This document shows, piece after piece, positions 19,544-28,078 of a stretch of 39,655 nt of DNA. The stretch covers positions 1 through 39,655 of the forward strand of contig PRDI01000066.1 of NCBI GenBank assembly GCA_003345595.1, given 5' to 3'. Source of the DNA: Candidatus Thorarchaeota archaeon. GTDB lineage: Archaea; Asgardarchaeota; Thorarchaeia; Thorarchaeales; Thorarchaeaceae. Position numbers and translations under genes: made by a program. Within the stretch, counting starts at the first letter, position 1. Each line of letters starts with the position of its first letter. The notes beneath the pieces were generated by a model. That model worked only from the letters and a program-made list of their open reading frames with translations. It did no database searches and was not told the origin of the DNA.

Positions 19544-20167
19544 TCAGACGCCCAGCTCTTTCTCAAGCGACTTGATGGCTTCTTCGAGCTCCTCGGCTTC
19601 TGTCACTGGTCTTGTACCCGAAGGCGCGCCAACAACCCCTGCGGCCGCATCTATCTCCTCCATGGCGGCTGCCATGTCTTCCGAGGTCACTTGGCTCTCT
19701 TTTGTGGAAACAAGAGCCTCTTCTGATATTCCGCTCTCAATTTCGAACTCTTCAAGCCTGCGAGTGATCTCGTCCAGATTCTGGATGACCTTTGTCGAGT
19801 CTGTTGCGTCGCTCAACATGCCAAGTATCTTCGCAACCTGTTCGACTGCTAATCCGGTCTTGGCGGTAGCTTGGGCCCGAGTGATGTGAGCAAGCACCCT
19901 CAAGAGATGAAGCCGTGAACGGTCAACTGACAGAGCGAATCTCCTAAAGCGAATCATCTCCGCCGCGTAGGTCCTGTATGCGTCTGTTTGGCCCTCCTTG
20001 CGGGCACGAACCGCTCGCGCCTTAGTATCGCGCTCCTCTTTCTCAAGCCTGTTCCTTTCGCGCTCAAGCTGCTTGGTCAGTATTCTGAGCTGGGATGTGA
20101 CCTCTGTAATGTCGGGTTTCCTACGACCCCAAGACATGGCTTTCTTGATTGTACCCAATGAGCTCAC
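19544..20167 (-). CDS. ESCRT-III subunit, Vps2/24/46 (CHMP1-3) class, Snf7 family
   Basis: Basic N-terminal hairpin (LRILTKQLERERNRLEKEE..KARAVRA), YAAEMIRFRR.AL..RSRLHL resembling Did2/CHMP1, acidic C-terminal half, MIM1-like ELEEAIKSLEKEL; divergent from Vps4. Confidence 0.88.
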   Translation of the reverse strand: MSSLGTIKKAMSWGRRKPDITEVTSQLRILTKQLERERNRLEKEERDTKARAVRARKEGQTDAYRTYAAEMIRFRRFALSVDRSRLHLLRVLAHITRAQATAKTGLAVEQVAKILGMLSDATDSTKVIQNLDEITRRLEEFEIESGISEEALVSTKESQVTSEDMAAAMEEIDAAAGVVGAPSGTRPVTEAEELEEAIKSLEKELGV

Positions 20168-20311
20168 CGCATCCGGGGAGAGACTCCCAAGTCGATTTCG
20201 GAGGCTGTCCGTTTAAACCTTCGCAGAAGACAAGACATCTTCGCCGAGGGCGAGTTTGAGAAACCTCGACACAGACCATGAACACACAAACTCTTAACCG
20301 CTGAAGAGCAA
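20168..20311. promoter_or_regulatory. Divergent promoter region between ESCRT-III and vps4
   Basis: GTTTAAAC at 20211-20218 is TATA-like for the minus-strand gene. AAACTCTTAAC at 20288-20298 is TATA-like for vps4. Confidence 0.4.
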
Positions 20312-21556
20312 ATGGCATTCGAACGCGAAATGTCAGGATCAGATGCTGACCGGCTGGACTTGGGCTTAAGGGCTCTCCTAGACAAGGCCATTGACCTTGA
20401 TTATAGAGGGATGAAGAAAGAGGCCTGCCAATACTATCTCAAGGCCAGCAAGATCCTCATCAAACTCTCCAATTCGACCTCATTGCCATCACTCCGCAAG
20501 CACTACTTCGACAGGGCTCAGGAGTGTGTGGATCGTGTGAAGCGCATCTCTGGAGCAAAGGGAGTCGCCGGCCCACCAGACAGCCTCAGAAGACTGGTGA
20601 CACAACCAGGAGAAAAGATCCAGAAGACTGCGACACGATCGGCATCAGAGGAAACAGAGGAAATCGACGAGGACACAAAGAGGCTTCGTGAGATGATTGC
20701 GGACACCATCATAGCTGAGCGGCCGGACGTAAAGATGTCAGAAGTGGCAGGACTAGAGGAGGCAAAGCAGGCAATCCAAGAGGCTGTAGTCGCCCCGATG
20801 AAACACCCGGAGCTGTTCAAGGGAAAGGCAAGACAGCCATGGAGAGGAATCCTGTTTTATGGACCAGCGGGCTGCGGCAAGACTCTCATAGCAAAAGCTG
20901 TTGCTTCGGAGGTGAACGCGACCTTCTTTAACGTGTCAGCAGGAAACATAGTGAGCAAGTGGTTGGGAGAGTCTGAGAAGCTTGTCATGACACTGTTTGA
21001 TATGGCGAGGAAGAACCAGCCGGCAATCATCTTCGTCGATGAACTTGACTCAGTCGGTGTTTCCAGATCCGATCACGATGTTGGAGGCGAGCGGAGGCTC
21101 AAGACTCAGCTGCTGACTGAGCTTCAAGGAGTGGCCAGCAACCCAAAGGAACGAGTCACAGTCATCGGTGCCACCAACCTACCATGGCAACTTGATTTTG
21201 CCCTGAGGTCTAGGTTTGAGAAGAGAATCCATATTCCCCTTCCTGGAAAGACATCACGACGAACGATGTTTGAGCTACATATGGAGGATGTAGAGGTTTC
21301 ACACGACGTTGACTTCGATGAACTTGCGGACCTGACAGAGGGCTATAGTGGTCGGGACATCAGCGTTGTGTGCAGGGAAGCTGCCATGGAGCCTATAAGA
21401 GATCTCCAGAGTACTGGAGAAATGGACCGCGATGGCCCGATTGAAAACATCCGACCTGTTTCGAGGCAGGATTTCCTCCAAGCCATTGACAGCATTGGAC
21501 CCGGTACTTCTCCCGAGGACGTGAAGAAGTATGTCGATTGGGCGGAGGCAACATAG
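20312..21556 (+). CDS. vps4: Vps4 AAA+ ATPase with N-terminal MIT domain
   Basis: MIT (KAIDLD..G.KKEACQYYLKA), ERPDVK..EVAGLEEAK, PWRGILFYGPAGCGKT, pore loop SKWLGESEK, IFVDELDS, RRLKTQLL, GATNLPWQLD, TEGYSGRDI. Confidence 0.95.
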   Translation: MAFEREMSGSDADRLDLGLRALLDKAIDLDYRGMKKEACQYYLKASKILIKLSNSTSLPSLRKHYFDRAQECVDRVKRISGAKGVAGPPDSLRRLVTQPGEKIQKTATRSASEETEEIDEDTKRLREMIADTIIAERPDVKMSEVAGLEEAKQAIQEAVVAPMKHPELFKGKARQPWRGILFYGPAGCGKTLIAKAVASEVNATFFNVSAGNIVSKWLGESEKLVMTLFDMARKNQPAIIFVDELDSVGVSRSDHDVGGERRLKTQLLTELQGVASNPKERVTVIGATNLPWQLDFALRSRFEKRIHIPLPGKTSRRTMFELHMEDVEVSHDVDFDELADLTEGYSGRDISVVCREAAMEPIRDLQSTGEMDRDGPIENIRPVSRQDFLQAIDSIGPGTSPEDVKKYVDWAEAT

Positions 21557-21559
21557 GCT

Positions 21560-22279
21560 GTGAGTGTGAAGGAACGACGAAGGCAGAAGGAGCGATCCAA
21601 GCCCCGAAGTGAGTCCAAGCATCAGGAGGGTGCGGTGGACACTGAGGCCAGCATCGAAAGCTTCGTCACTTCCGAGCAAGTCGAATCCCCTCTCGAAACT
21701 CCGGAAACAACTCAAGTTGCCGAGCCCGAACCGCAGGTTTCGGAGCCCGTCACTGAGGAGGCTCTCGTGCCACAGGTACTTCTGCCGCGGTGGGGTGACA
21801 ACAAAGAGTCAGAATGGATGTACCAGATTCCTCCCAGAGATGAGGACAGAGATATGTGGATGAATGAGTGGGCCGACTTCGTGATCCAGTGGACGCAGTC
21901 AAAAGGCCTTCATGTCCTCTCTGTTTCAGCCTTCATCAAGGAACCACCTTTCAGAGACATGCTTGGAAAGGTAGACGCTTTCAGACTGATTGGAAACGCA
22001 TTGGTCGACAAGGGAGTTGCAGAATGGCTTGATGACAAGAAGCGCCAACTCCGAGTCTACTGGAGACCCCTTGAGGAATGGGCCGATTTGGTATATGGGT
22101 GGGCCATTGAAACGGGAAACCTGCACCTAGATGTCAAATCCATAATCATACAGGAAGCTAGTAGGGAGTTTGCCAGTCTTCCTGAGAGAGACTTGCATCA
22201 AGTAATGGAGATGCTTGTAGACAGAAAAGTGGCAGAGTGGGTGGATAGGAAGAGGGGGGCAATACTAATCCGAGTGTGA
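21560..22279 (+). CDS. vps25: ESCRT-II subunit Vps25-like
   Basis: W.DFVIQW, PPF, LVDKGVAEWLD...VYWRPLEEWADLVYGWA.ETG is the Vps25 tandem winged-helix signature; 3 bp downstream of vps4. Confidence 0.88.
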   Translation: MSVKERRRQKERSKPRSESKHQEGAVDTEASIESFVTSEQVESPLETPETTQVAEPEPQVSEPVTEEALVPQVLLPRWGDNKESEWMYQIPPRDEDRDMWMNEWADFVIQWTQSKGLHVLSVSAFIKEPPFRDMLGKVDAFRLIGNALVDKGVAEWLDDKKRQLRVYWRPLEEWADLVYGWAIETGNLHLDVKSIIIQEASREFASLPERDLHQVMEMLVDRKVAEWVDRKRGAILIRV

Positions 22280-22284
22280 TTCCC

Positions 22285-23022
22285 CTATACCGAGCCGTTC
22301 CTGCCTCGAAGTCCTGGAAAGTAATACCGTCCCCCCGTGGAGAAACGGATGTCGGCGACAGCCATGCCTGAGTCGACCAGGCTAGACAGGACTTGGCGCG
22401 CGTGATCTTCAGACCACTTCAGCTGCATCATGAGTTCCTCTATAGAAACATGCCCTTTTGTAGCGGCTATGTTGATGACATCAGCCTGGTCTCTCCGCAG
22501 CTCAAGTGGACGCAGCTCGACGACCTTTACGCCGCCCCTTAGTGTTCTGATGCCAGGGATGAGACCGTGTTCTGCGACGCGGTTCACAGCCTCGATCACG
22601 TCATTGTAGCTCACAGATTTGAGTTCTGGGATAAGGCGCACTACCTCCACTATGAGTTCTGCCAGTCCCATGAGGCCCTTAGATGCGTTTGCCGTAGCAA
22701 CATCGAGCACGGCCAATCCGATGTGGTCATAGTATTCCTCGGTGGTCATGCCCTCGATTGAGGCCATTGAGCTCTTGCCGTGAAGACCCAACAGGACTGA
22801 TGCATCCGGAAATGACTCAAGCACCCTCTCTTGGTCGATGAAATTCACAGGATCTATGCCCATGTGTCGAAGGTCTTCGATACAGTCCTTGACCTCCGCA
22901 AGAAGCGCATCTGATTCCCTCTGAAATGACCGTACATCCACGGTCCCCATGTCGTACATCTTCTTGAGCTGATCCAGCGTCGCAATCGACGCCCATAGCT
23001 CGGATTGGAGTCGTTCACTCAT
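22285..23022 (-). CDS. ESCRT-II Vps22/36 (EAP30) protein with N-terminal Vps28-like headpiece
   Basis: EAP30 motifs: YYDHIGLAVL..GLMGLAEL, VSYNDV.EAV, PLEL..DQ..V, L.WS...A...L..LV..G....D....YYFP. N-terminal ELWASIATLDQLKKMY resembles Vps28. Confidence 0.85.
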   Translation of the reverse strand: MSERLQSELWASIATLDQLKKMYDMGTVDVRSFQRESDALLAEVKDCIEDLRHMGIDPVNFIDQERVLESFPDASVLLGLHGKSSMASIEGMTTEEYYDHIGLAVLDVATANASKGLMGLAELIVEVVRLIPELKSVSYNDVIEAVNRVAEHGLIPGIRTLRGGVKVVELRPLELRRDQADVINIAATKGHVSIEELMMQLKWSEDHARQVLSSLVDSGMAVADIRFSTGGRYYFPGLRGRNGSV

Positions 23023-23115
23023 CGGCTCGAATCCCTTCTTTGTCAGTTTCTACTACTGATTCACTATGAATCCGCACTGCTTATGCTTTAAGTGAGAGTA
23101 TTATTGAGGCGGGTG

Positions 23116-24492
23116 CTACGGCGTCAGTCTATCGCGGTCTCGTGGGAGCAGAGTCGCTTCTCTGATATTGTCAATCCCTAGGACCTGCATTGTCAGGCGT
23201 TCCACACCCAGACCAAGTCCTCCGTGGGGAGGTGCACCGTACCTGAATGGATCAATATAGAAACTGAAGTTATCAGGATTGAACCCCTTCGCCTTGAAGC
23301 GCTCCACTAGTAGATTGTGAAGATGTATGCGCTGGCTGCCCGTTGTAATCTCCATGCCCTTGTACAGGAGGTCGAAACTCTCTGTCATTCCTTCATCTGT
23401 CAGACTTGGCATAGTGTAAGCCGGTCGCAACTCGAGAGGATAGTGGGTCACGAACACCATGTCGGTTCCATACTTCCTGGGAAATACCTCTCCTAGGATG
23501 TGTTCGCAGTCTGGGTCGAGGTCGTCTGTATATGACAATTGTTTCCCGGCTTCGTTGACTATGTCAATGGCCTCTTTGTACTTCACCCTCTTGAACGGCA
23601 CCTCTGGGACCTTCAAATCGATTCCCAATAGCTCGAGCTCTGCGGCAGCCTCTTTCGTGGTCTTCTCGAAGGAGTGGTGGAGCATCTTCTCCTCCATGCT
23701 CATCACATCCTCGACGCCGCCAATCCACGCCATCTCGAAGTCGAAAGAAGTATACTCGTTGACATGGCGACGAGTGTTGTGTTTCTCAGCACGGAAGACC
23801 GGTGCAATTTCAAAGACCCGACCGAACCCGGCCAAAAGCATCAGCTGCTTGTAGAACTGCGGGCTCTGTGCAAGGTAGGCCTTTCTGTCAAAGTAGTTGA
23901 CCTCGAAGAGATTCGCACCGCCTTCTGTGGCTGCTGCAACAATCTTTGGCGTGTGTATCTCGACAAAATCATTCTTCTCAAGATACTCACGTGCATGCTT
24001 CACGAGGCAATGTTGTACCCTGAATATCGCATTCACCTTGGGCTTGCGAAGGTCAAGAACGCGGTGGTTAAGCCGGGTTTCCAGATCAATGTCAACCTTG
24101 CCTTCGACAATGTCGATTGGCAGTCGTTCAGCGGTGTTGATGAGGCGTATCTTGCTTGGAATGACTTCCACTCCGCGTTCGACCTGATCTGCCGCAACCA
24201 CCGTTCCATGTACAACCACTACCGATTCGGGCTTGAGCTGACCAGATACCTCGAACACATCCGTTGGGACTTTCCCCTGCGGTATTGTCACTTGAACCAT
24301 GCCACGTTCGTCCCTGAGGATAAGAAACTTGATTCTCCCTTTATCACGGAGAGTGTGAACCCATCCAATGAGTGTCACCTGCTTGCCAGCGATCTTTGGG
24401 GTCACTTCGCTAGCGAAATGCGAACGCCTATCTTTGCCAATGCGCTCAACACCGGCCTTAGCATAGAAGTCTTGTTCATTTAGATCACTCAT
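23116..24492 (-). CDS. aspS: Aspartyl-tRNA synthetase (archaeal type)
   Basis: OB fold GWVHTLRDKG.IKFLILRD, TRLNHRVLDLR, ATEGGA, YLAQSPQFYKQ, FRAE, GSQRIH, PPHGGLGLGVERL. Confidence 0.95.
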   Translation of the reverse strand: MSDLNEQDFYAKAGVERIGKDRRSHFASEVTPKIAGKQVTLIGWVHTLRDKGRIKFLILRDERGMVQVTIPQGKVPTDVFEVSGQLKPESVVVVHGTVVAADQVERGVEVIPSKIRLINTAERLPIDIVEGKVDIDLETRLNHRVLDLRKPKVNAIFRVQHCLVKHAREYLEKNDFVEIHTPKIVAAATEGGANLFEVNYFDRKAYLAQSPQFYKQLMLLAGFGRVFEIAPVFRAEKHNTRRHVNEYTSFDFEMAWIGGVEDVMSMEEKMLHHSFEKTTKEAAAELELLGIDLKVPEVPFKRVKYKEAIDIVNEAGKQLSYTDDLDPDCEHILGEVFPRKYGTDMVFVTHYPLELRPAYTMPSLTDEGMTESFDLLYKGMEITTGSQRIHLHNLLVERFKAKGFNPDNFSFYIDPFRYGAPPHGGLGLGVERLTMQVLGIDNIREATLLPRDRDRLTP

Positions 24493-24620
24493 TTCTCATC
24501 AGCCAACTGTGCGTGAGGACTCAATGCTGAGCACAGGCGAATGTCGCCGCACTCTGCCGCAATGCCACCTCTCGGATGCATTAAGAGGCTTTTGGATGCG
24601 AAAACAAGACAGGTCGAATT

Positions 24621-24664
24621 GAAGAGAAAGAAAAGAGAGCGCCGCAGAGTCTGGTGCGGCGTTC
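24621..24664 (-). terminator. Putative intrinsic terminator downstream of the wHTH gene
   Basis: On the minus strand, the hairpin CGCCGCA-CCAGACTC-TGCGGCG is followed by the pyrimidine tract CTCTCTTTTCTTTCTCTTC. Confidence 0.55.
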
Positions 24665-24701
24665 CCACAACGTCTGATATCATGCGAATGCATTGGTGAA
24701 A

Positions 24702-24914
24702 TCACATTGGCGCCGACACAAGCACATAGACCCTCTCTCTCGCATCGTCGCTGTGCTCCTCCTCATGGATGAGGCCTAGGGCCCTAAGCCGACTGACACC
24801 ATAGTTCACTGTTCTCGGTGGCAGATAGCTCAGAGTGATCAGGTCTTGCCGTGACAAACGGCGTCTGTCCTTAAGGAGCACGTAGACGAACTTCGCAGAG
24901 GGAGGCAACGACAA
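24702..24914 (-). CDS. Small archaeal winged-helix DNA-binding protein
   Basis: LPPSAKFVY.LL...LSRQDL...YLPPRTVNYGVSRL...GLI......DARERVY matches a known small archaeal wHTH family; the 5' end is uncertain (see findings). Confidence 0.75.
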   Translation of the reverse strand: MSLPPSAKFVYVLLKDRRRLSRQDLITLSYLPPRTVNYGVSRLRALGLIHEEEHSDDARERVYVLVSAPM

Positions 24915-25037
24915 AAACGAGTGCCGCGCAAACGCGATTCCCCCATTGGGTCATTGCCATGTACTGATACCTCCTGAGTTCTCTTGTGGCTCGAAGCAGA
25001 ATCCATCCAAATAAGGATTAGCATAATCGAAATGTTG

Positions 25038-26414
25038 CTATTCCTTCTTCAGAATGAGTATCCACTCTCCCGACATGCGTTCCTTTCTTGGTATGTGAAT
25101 GAAGTGCCTGATAAGGCCTGAGAAAAACCGCTTTTCGAGTGTGAAACCAACGTCGTCAGAAACGGCAATCTCGGAGAGGATGTCCTGCGACCTTATGTTC
25201 ACCCCGCGGATAGTATTGTTGCCAATCGCTACGCAGTAGTGTCCACCCGGTTTCAGGATTCTCAGGGTTTCACAGAACTGCTCCTTCATGTCCATAAAGA
25301 ACTTGTACGTGATATAGGACCGACGCGGGTCGACTTTGTGGATCTTCTTCAGCGATGGATCAAGTGCTACAAAACCAGACTGTCGGAGATCTGCGTACTC
25401 CTCCTTGTACACAGTTTCTGTGCCTATGTAGTTCCGTTTCACATCGGACAGCGGTCCCGCCTTCATGAGACCCAGCCAGTACATCTCAAGTTGGTGAGTC
25501 CGTGGATAGTCGACCGCATTGATGTAGGGAGGAGATGTGACGGCAAGGTCAATTGCTTCATCTCCAAGACCAGTCTTGGTCGCGGTTCCTTCACAGACTT
25601 TGGCAGCCGGAAGACCACCGGTCTGACAGGCACGCGAAAATGCTGTCATTGCATCAGTCTGTCTGGAGAGCGCCGAGATGAAACGACTCGCAGCCATGCC
25701 CTCAGCGACTTCCTTGTGAAGCCGCTTTCTCACGACTGTGCGTGTGCAGTGGGAATCGGCGTTCGAAACCTCCCTTATTATTGAGGAGAAAACCACTTTC
25801 AAGAAATCATGGATGTTCTCCCGTTCCTCAGAGTTCCCGCCTTCAATAGCTCGTGCCCTTGCAGCCATGTCGATTGCGTCCCTTATGATCCCGAGCTCTC
25901 GCAGAATGAAGGGCTCAAACCAACAGTCCCTGTAGGGAAAGCCCGGGACGTGAGGCTCATGCGAGTGATCTTCCAGCATACCCCGTACTCGCTCGATGAC
26001 CCAAAGCTTGGTTCGTTCCAGCGGGCCAGAGTCAAGCGCCGTAGTCTTCACCTTTGTTAGCAAACGCGCCATTGGGTCGATGTCTATCCCTATGCCGAAC
26101 CGGCGGCTCAACATCGCCTCAAGCACTGTAGTACCACTACCGCACATGGGGTCCAAGACAGTCGCACCGACCTGAGAGTACTTCTGAATCAAGTAGCGAG
26201 GAAGCTCCGGGAAGAACTTTGCAGGAAACTTGTGTATCCCATGGGTCAGGTATGTCTGGTCCTTGCTGATGACAAGGATATGAGCACCATCTGGGATGTC
26301 AGAGTCGATCGGGATGTCACCATTTATCTCTGTGACAACATTGACGTTTCTGCTGCCGCGACGGCCTGCAGATTGCTTCCCGGTGTCGTCGATCAGTGAT
26401 GGAATAGTACCCAT
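25038..26414 (-). CDS. Amino-DNA methyltransferase (N4-C/N6-A; motif I before SPPY)
   Basis: THGIHKFPAKF.P, VLDPMCGSGTT, GIDIDP, LAVTSPPY.NAVDY, LKPGG...IGN. Confidence 0.85.
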   Translation of the reverse strand: MGTIPSLIDDTGKQSAGRRGSRNVNVVTEINGDIPIDSDIPDGAHILVISKDQTYLTHGIHKFPAKFFPELPRYLIQKYSQVGATVLDPMCGSGTTVLEAMLSRRFGIGIDIDPMARLLTKVKTTALDSGPLERTKLWVIERVRGMLEDHSHEPHVPGFPYRDCWFEPFILRELGIIRDAIDMAARARAIEGGNSEERENIHDFLKVVFSSIIREVSNADSHCTRTVVRKRLHKEVAEGMAASRFISALSRQTDAMTAFSRACQTGGLPAAKVCEGTATKTGLGDEAIDLAVTSPPYINAVDYPRTHQLEMYWLGLMKAGPLSDVKRNYIGTETVYKEEYADLRQSGFVALDPSLKKIHKVDPRRSYITYKFFMDMKEQFCETLRILKPGGHYCVAIGNNTIRGVNIRSQDILSEIAVSDDVGFTLEKRFFSGLIRHFIHIPRKERMSGEWILILKKE

Positions 26415-26535
26415 TGAGTGTCCCTTGTATTCTACTGTGAAGGCTCTTATTGTTTTCAGGTTGAAAGAGGAATCCGACCGCGGCCAGATAGCCGTCAGAA
26501 CAGCGACTAGGTGATGGGCACACCCGACTCCATCA

Positions 26536-27891
26536 TTATGCGCTCAAGGCGCCTGCGATTGCCCTGTCAAATCTGTCCACAGCATCGTCGATGTCTGCCT
26601 TCGTTATCACGTAGCTTGGGGTGAACCTGATGCAGTTCTGACCAGCGCTGAGGATCCAGAGCTTCTGCTTCTGGACTGCGTTCTCTACCACGCGCTCTCT
26701 GAGTTCGCGGGCCTTCTCCTTCGACGTCTTGTTCTTCACGAACTCGACACCAACCATTAAGCCGATTCCCCGGACATCACCCACAACCTCGTGCTTGTCC
26801 TCCAATTCACCCAGCCGCTTCATCAAGTAAGCACCATTCTCGGCATTCTTCTTCAGAAAACCTCCATCCTCCATGTGCTTGATGAGCCACAGGGCCAATA
26901 GCGAGAGCTTCGGCTCGGCTGAGAATGTTTCCGAGTGACGAGATGCTGAAGTGAACATTGGCACGGGTCCAATGGACGCGCCCATGGGATAACCTCCTCC
27001 CAATGCCTTTGCTATCGATACGAAATCTGGAATAACACCATGGTTCTCGACAGCGCACCATTTGCCAGTTCGGCCCATGCCCGCTTGGACCTCATCAGAC
27101 ATGAAATAGGCACCAAACTCCTTGGTTACCTCATACATGCCTTTGACTGCTTTGGCAGGAGGCACAATCAGACCGCCCTCACCACAGATCGGTTCCATGA
27201 CTGTGGCGGCGATATCGTCACCCTCGACCTGAAGTGCATACCTGAGAGCCTCCACGCATTGGATATTGCAGCTCTCGACCTGCTGGCCATACGGACAGCG
27301 ATAGCAGTATGGGTAGGGAACACGTGTCACATCGACACCTTGTGGGAATCCTGACTTGTGACGAGAGTTGGAGGCTGTCAGTGCCAGCGCATAGCCAGTC
27401 CGACCGTGAAATGCAGGTCTGAAGGCCACGAACCTCCGTTTGCCAGAAACATCCATTGCTGACTTCATACATCCCTCGACAGCACGAGCCCCAGAGGTTG
27501 TGAAGACTACACGCTTCCTATGCGTTCCAGGGGTCAATCGCGCCACCCTTTCGGCAAGCAGAGTCTGTGGAATGGCATCGAAGTCCTGTCCCGGCAACTC
27601 TGTAACGACATCGGCAATACTGGCCTCAAAGGCGAGAAAGGGCTTGTATCTCAGTCCAAATGCGCGGACAGCTACGCCACCTGTGACGTCGAGATACTCG
27701 GTGCCTTCTACATCGTAGATCCTTACTCCATCTCCCCGAGTATGGTCCAGACATCCATAGACGTCCCGGTCCTGTGTGGTGATGGCAAGGGCTTCTGCCG
27801 CCCTCTTCTTCCAGTAGTCGTTTGTCATGGTCTTCGGACTGATGTCTGTGAACCCAAGATCCCTGAGAATCTGAATGTGTCGCTCGTCCAT
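26536..27891 (-). CDS. Class III PLP aminotransferase (4-aminobutyrate/acetylornithine type)
   Basis: DVEG.EYLD, AFHGRT, EPICGEGG..VP, DEVQAGMGRTG, AKALGGG.P, GDVRGIGLM.GVEFV. Confidence 0.9.
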   Translation of the reverse strand: MDERHIQILRDLGFTDISPKTMTNDYWKKRAAEALAITTQDRDVYGCLDHTRGDGVRIYDVEGTEYLDVTGGVAVRAFGLRYKPFLAFEASIADVVTELPGQDFDAIPQTLLAERVARLTPGTHRKRVVFTTSGARAVEGCMKSAMDVSGKRRFVAFRPAFHGRTGYALALTASNSRHKSGFPQGVDVTRVPYPYCYRCPYGQQVESCNIQCVEALRYALQVEGDDIAATVMEPICGEGGLIVPPAKAVKGMYEVTKEFGAYFMSDEVQAGMGRTGKWCAVENHGVIPDFVSIAKALGGGYPMGASIGPVPMFTSASRHSETFSAEPKLSLLALWLIKHMEDGGFLKKNAENGAYLMKRLGELEDKHEVVGDVRGIGLMVGVEFVKNKTSKEKARELRERVVENAVQKQKLWILSAGQNCIRFTPSYVITKADIDDAVDRFDRAIAGALSA

Positions 27892-28078
27892 GGTACCACC
27901 TCCCTTATTCGGGCGAACTCACGGCATACTTGAACCCGTTATCTAACTTGCTATACCGCTCGCTGACAGAAACAAGCAGGCCTGAATAGCCAGCATCCAG
28001 AGAAACAAAGAGTGCGGCAGACACAAGAGGTGGGTCTGCCGAACACTCTGGTTTTGGAAACTACTGCTCCGTGAATCT

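Noticed and set aside
20164-20391. Short ORFs (65-75 aa) across the ESCRT-III/vps4 gap as a possible ubiquitin-like or extra ESCRT gene
   Set aside because: No beta-grasp pattern or C-terminal GG. They overlap the real genes and the promoter region.
23674-24483. 269 aa ORF on the + strand
   Set aside because: It lies entirely antisense to aspS and has no recognisable motifs; a shadow ORF.
25239-25784. 181 aa + strand ORF, and similar 100-180 aa antisense ORFs throughout the window
   Set aside because: They lie opposite well-supported genes and have no motifs; expected in sequence of moderately high GC content.
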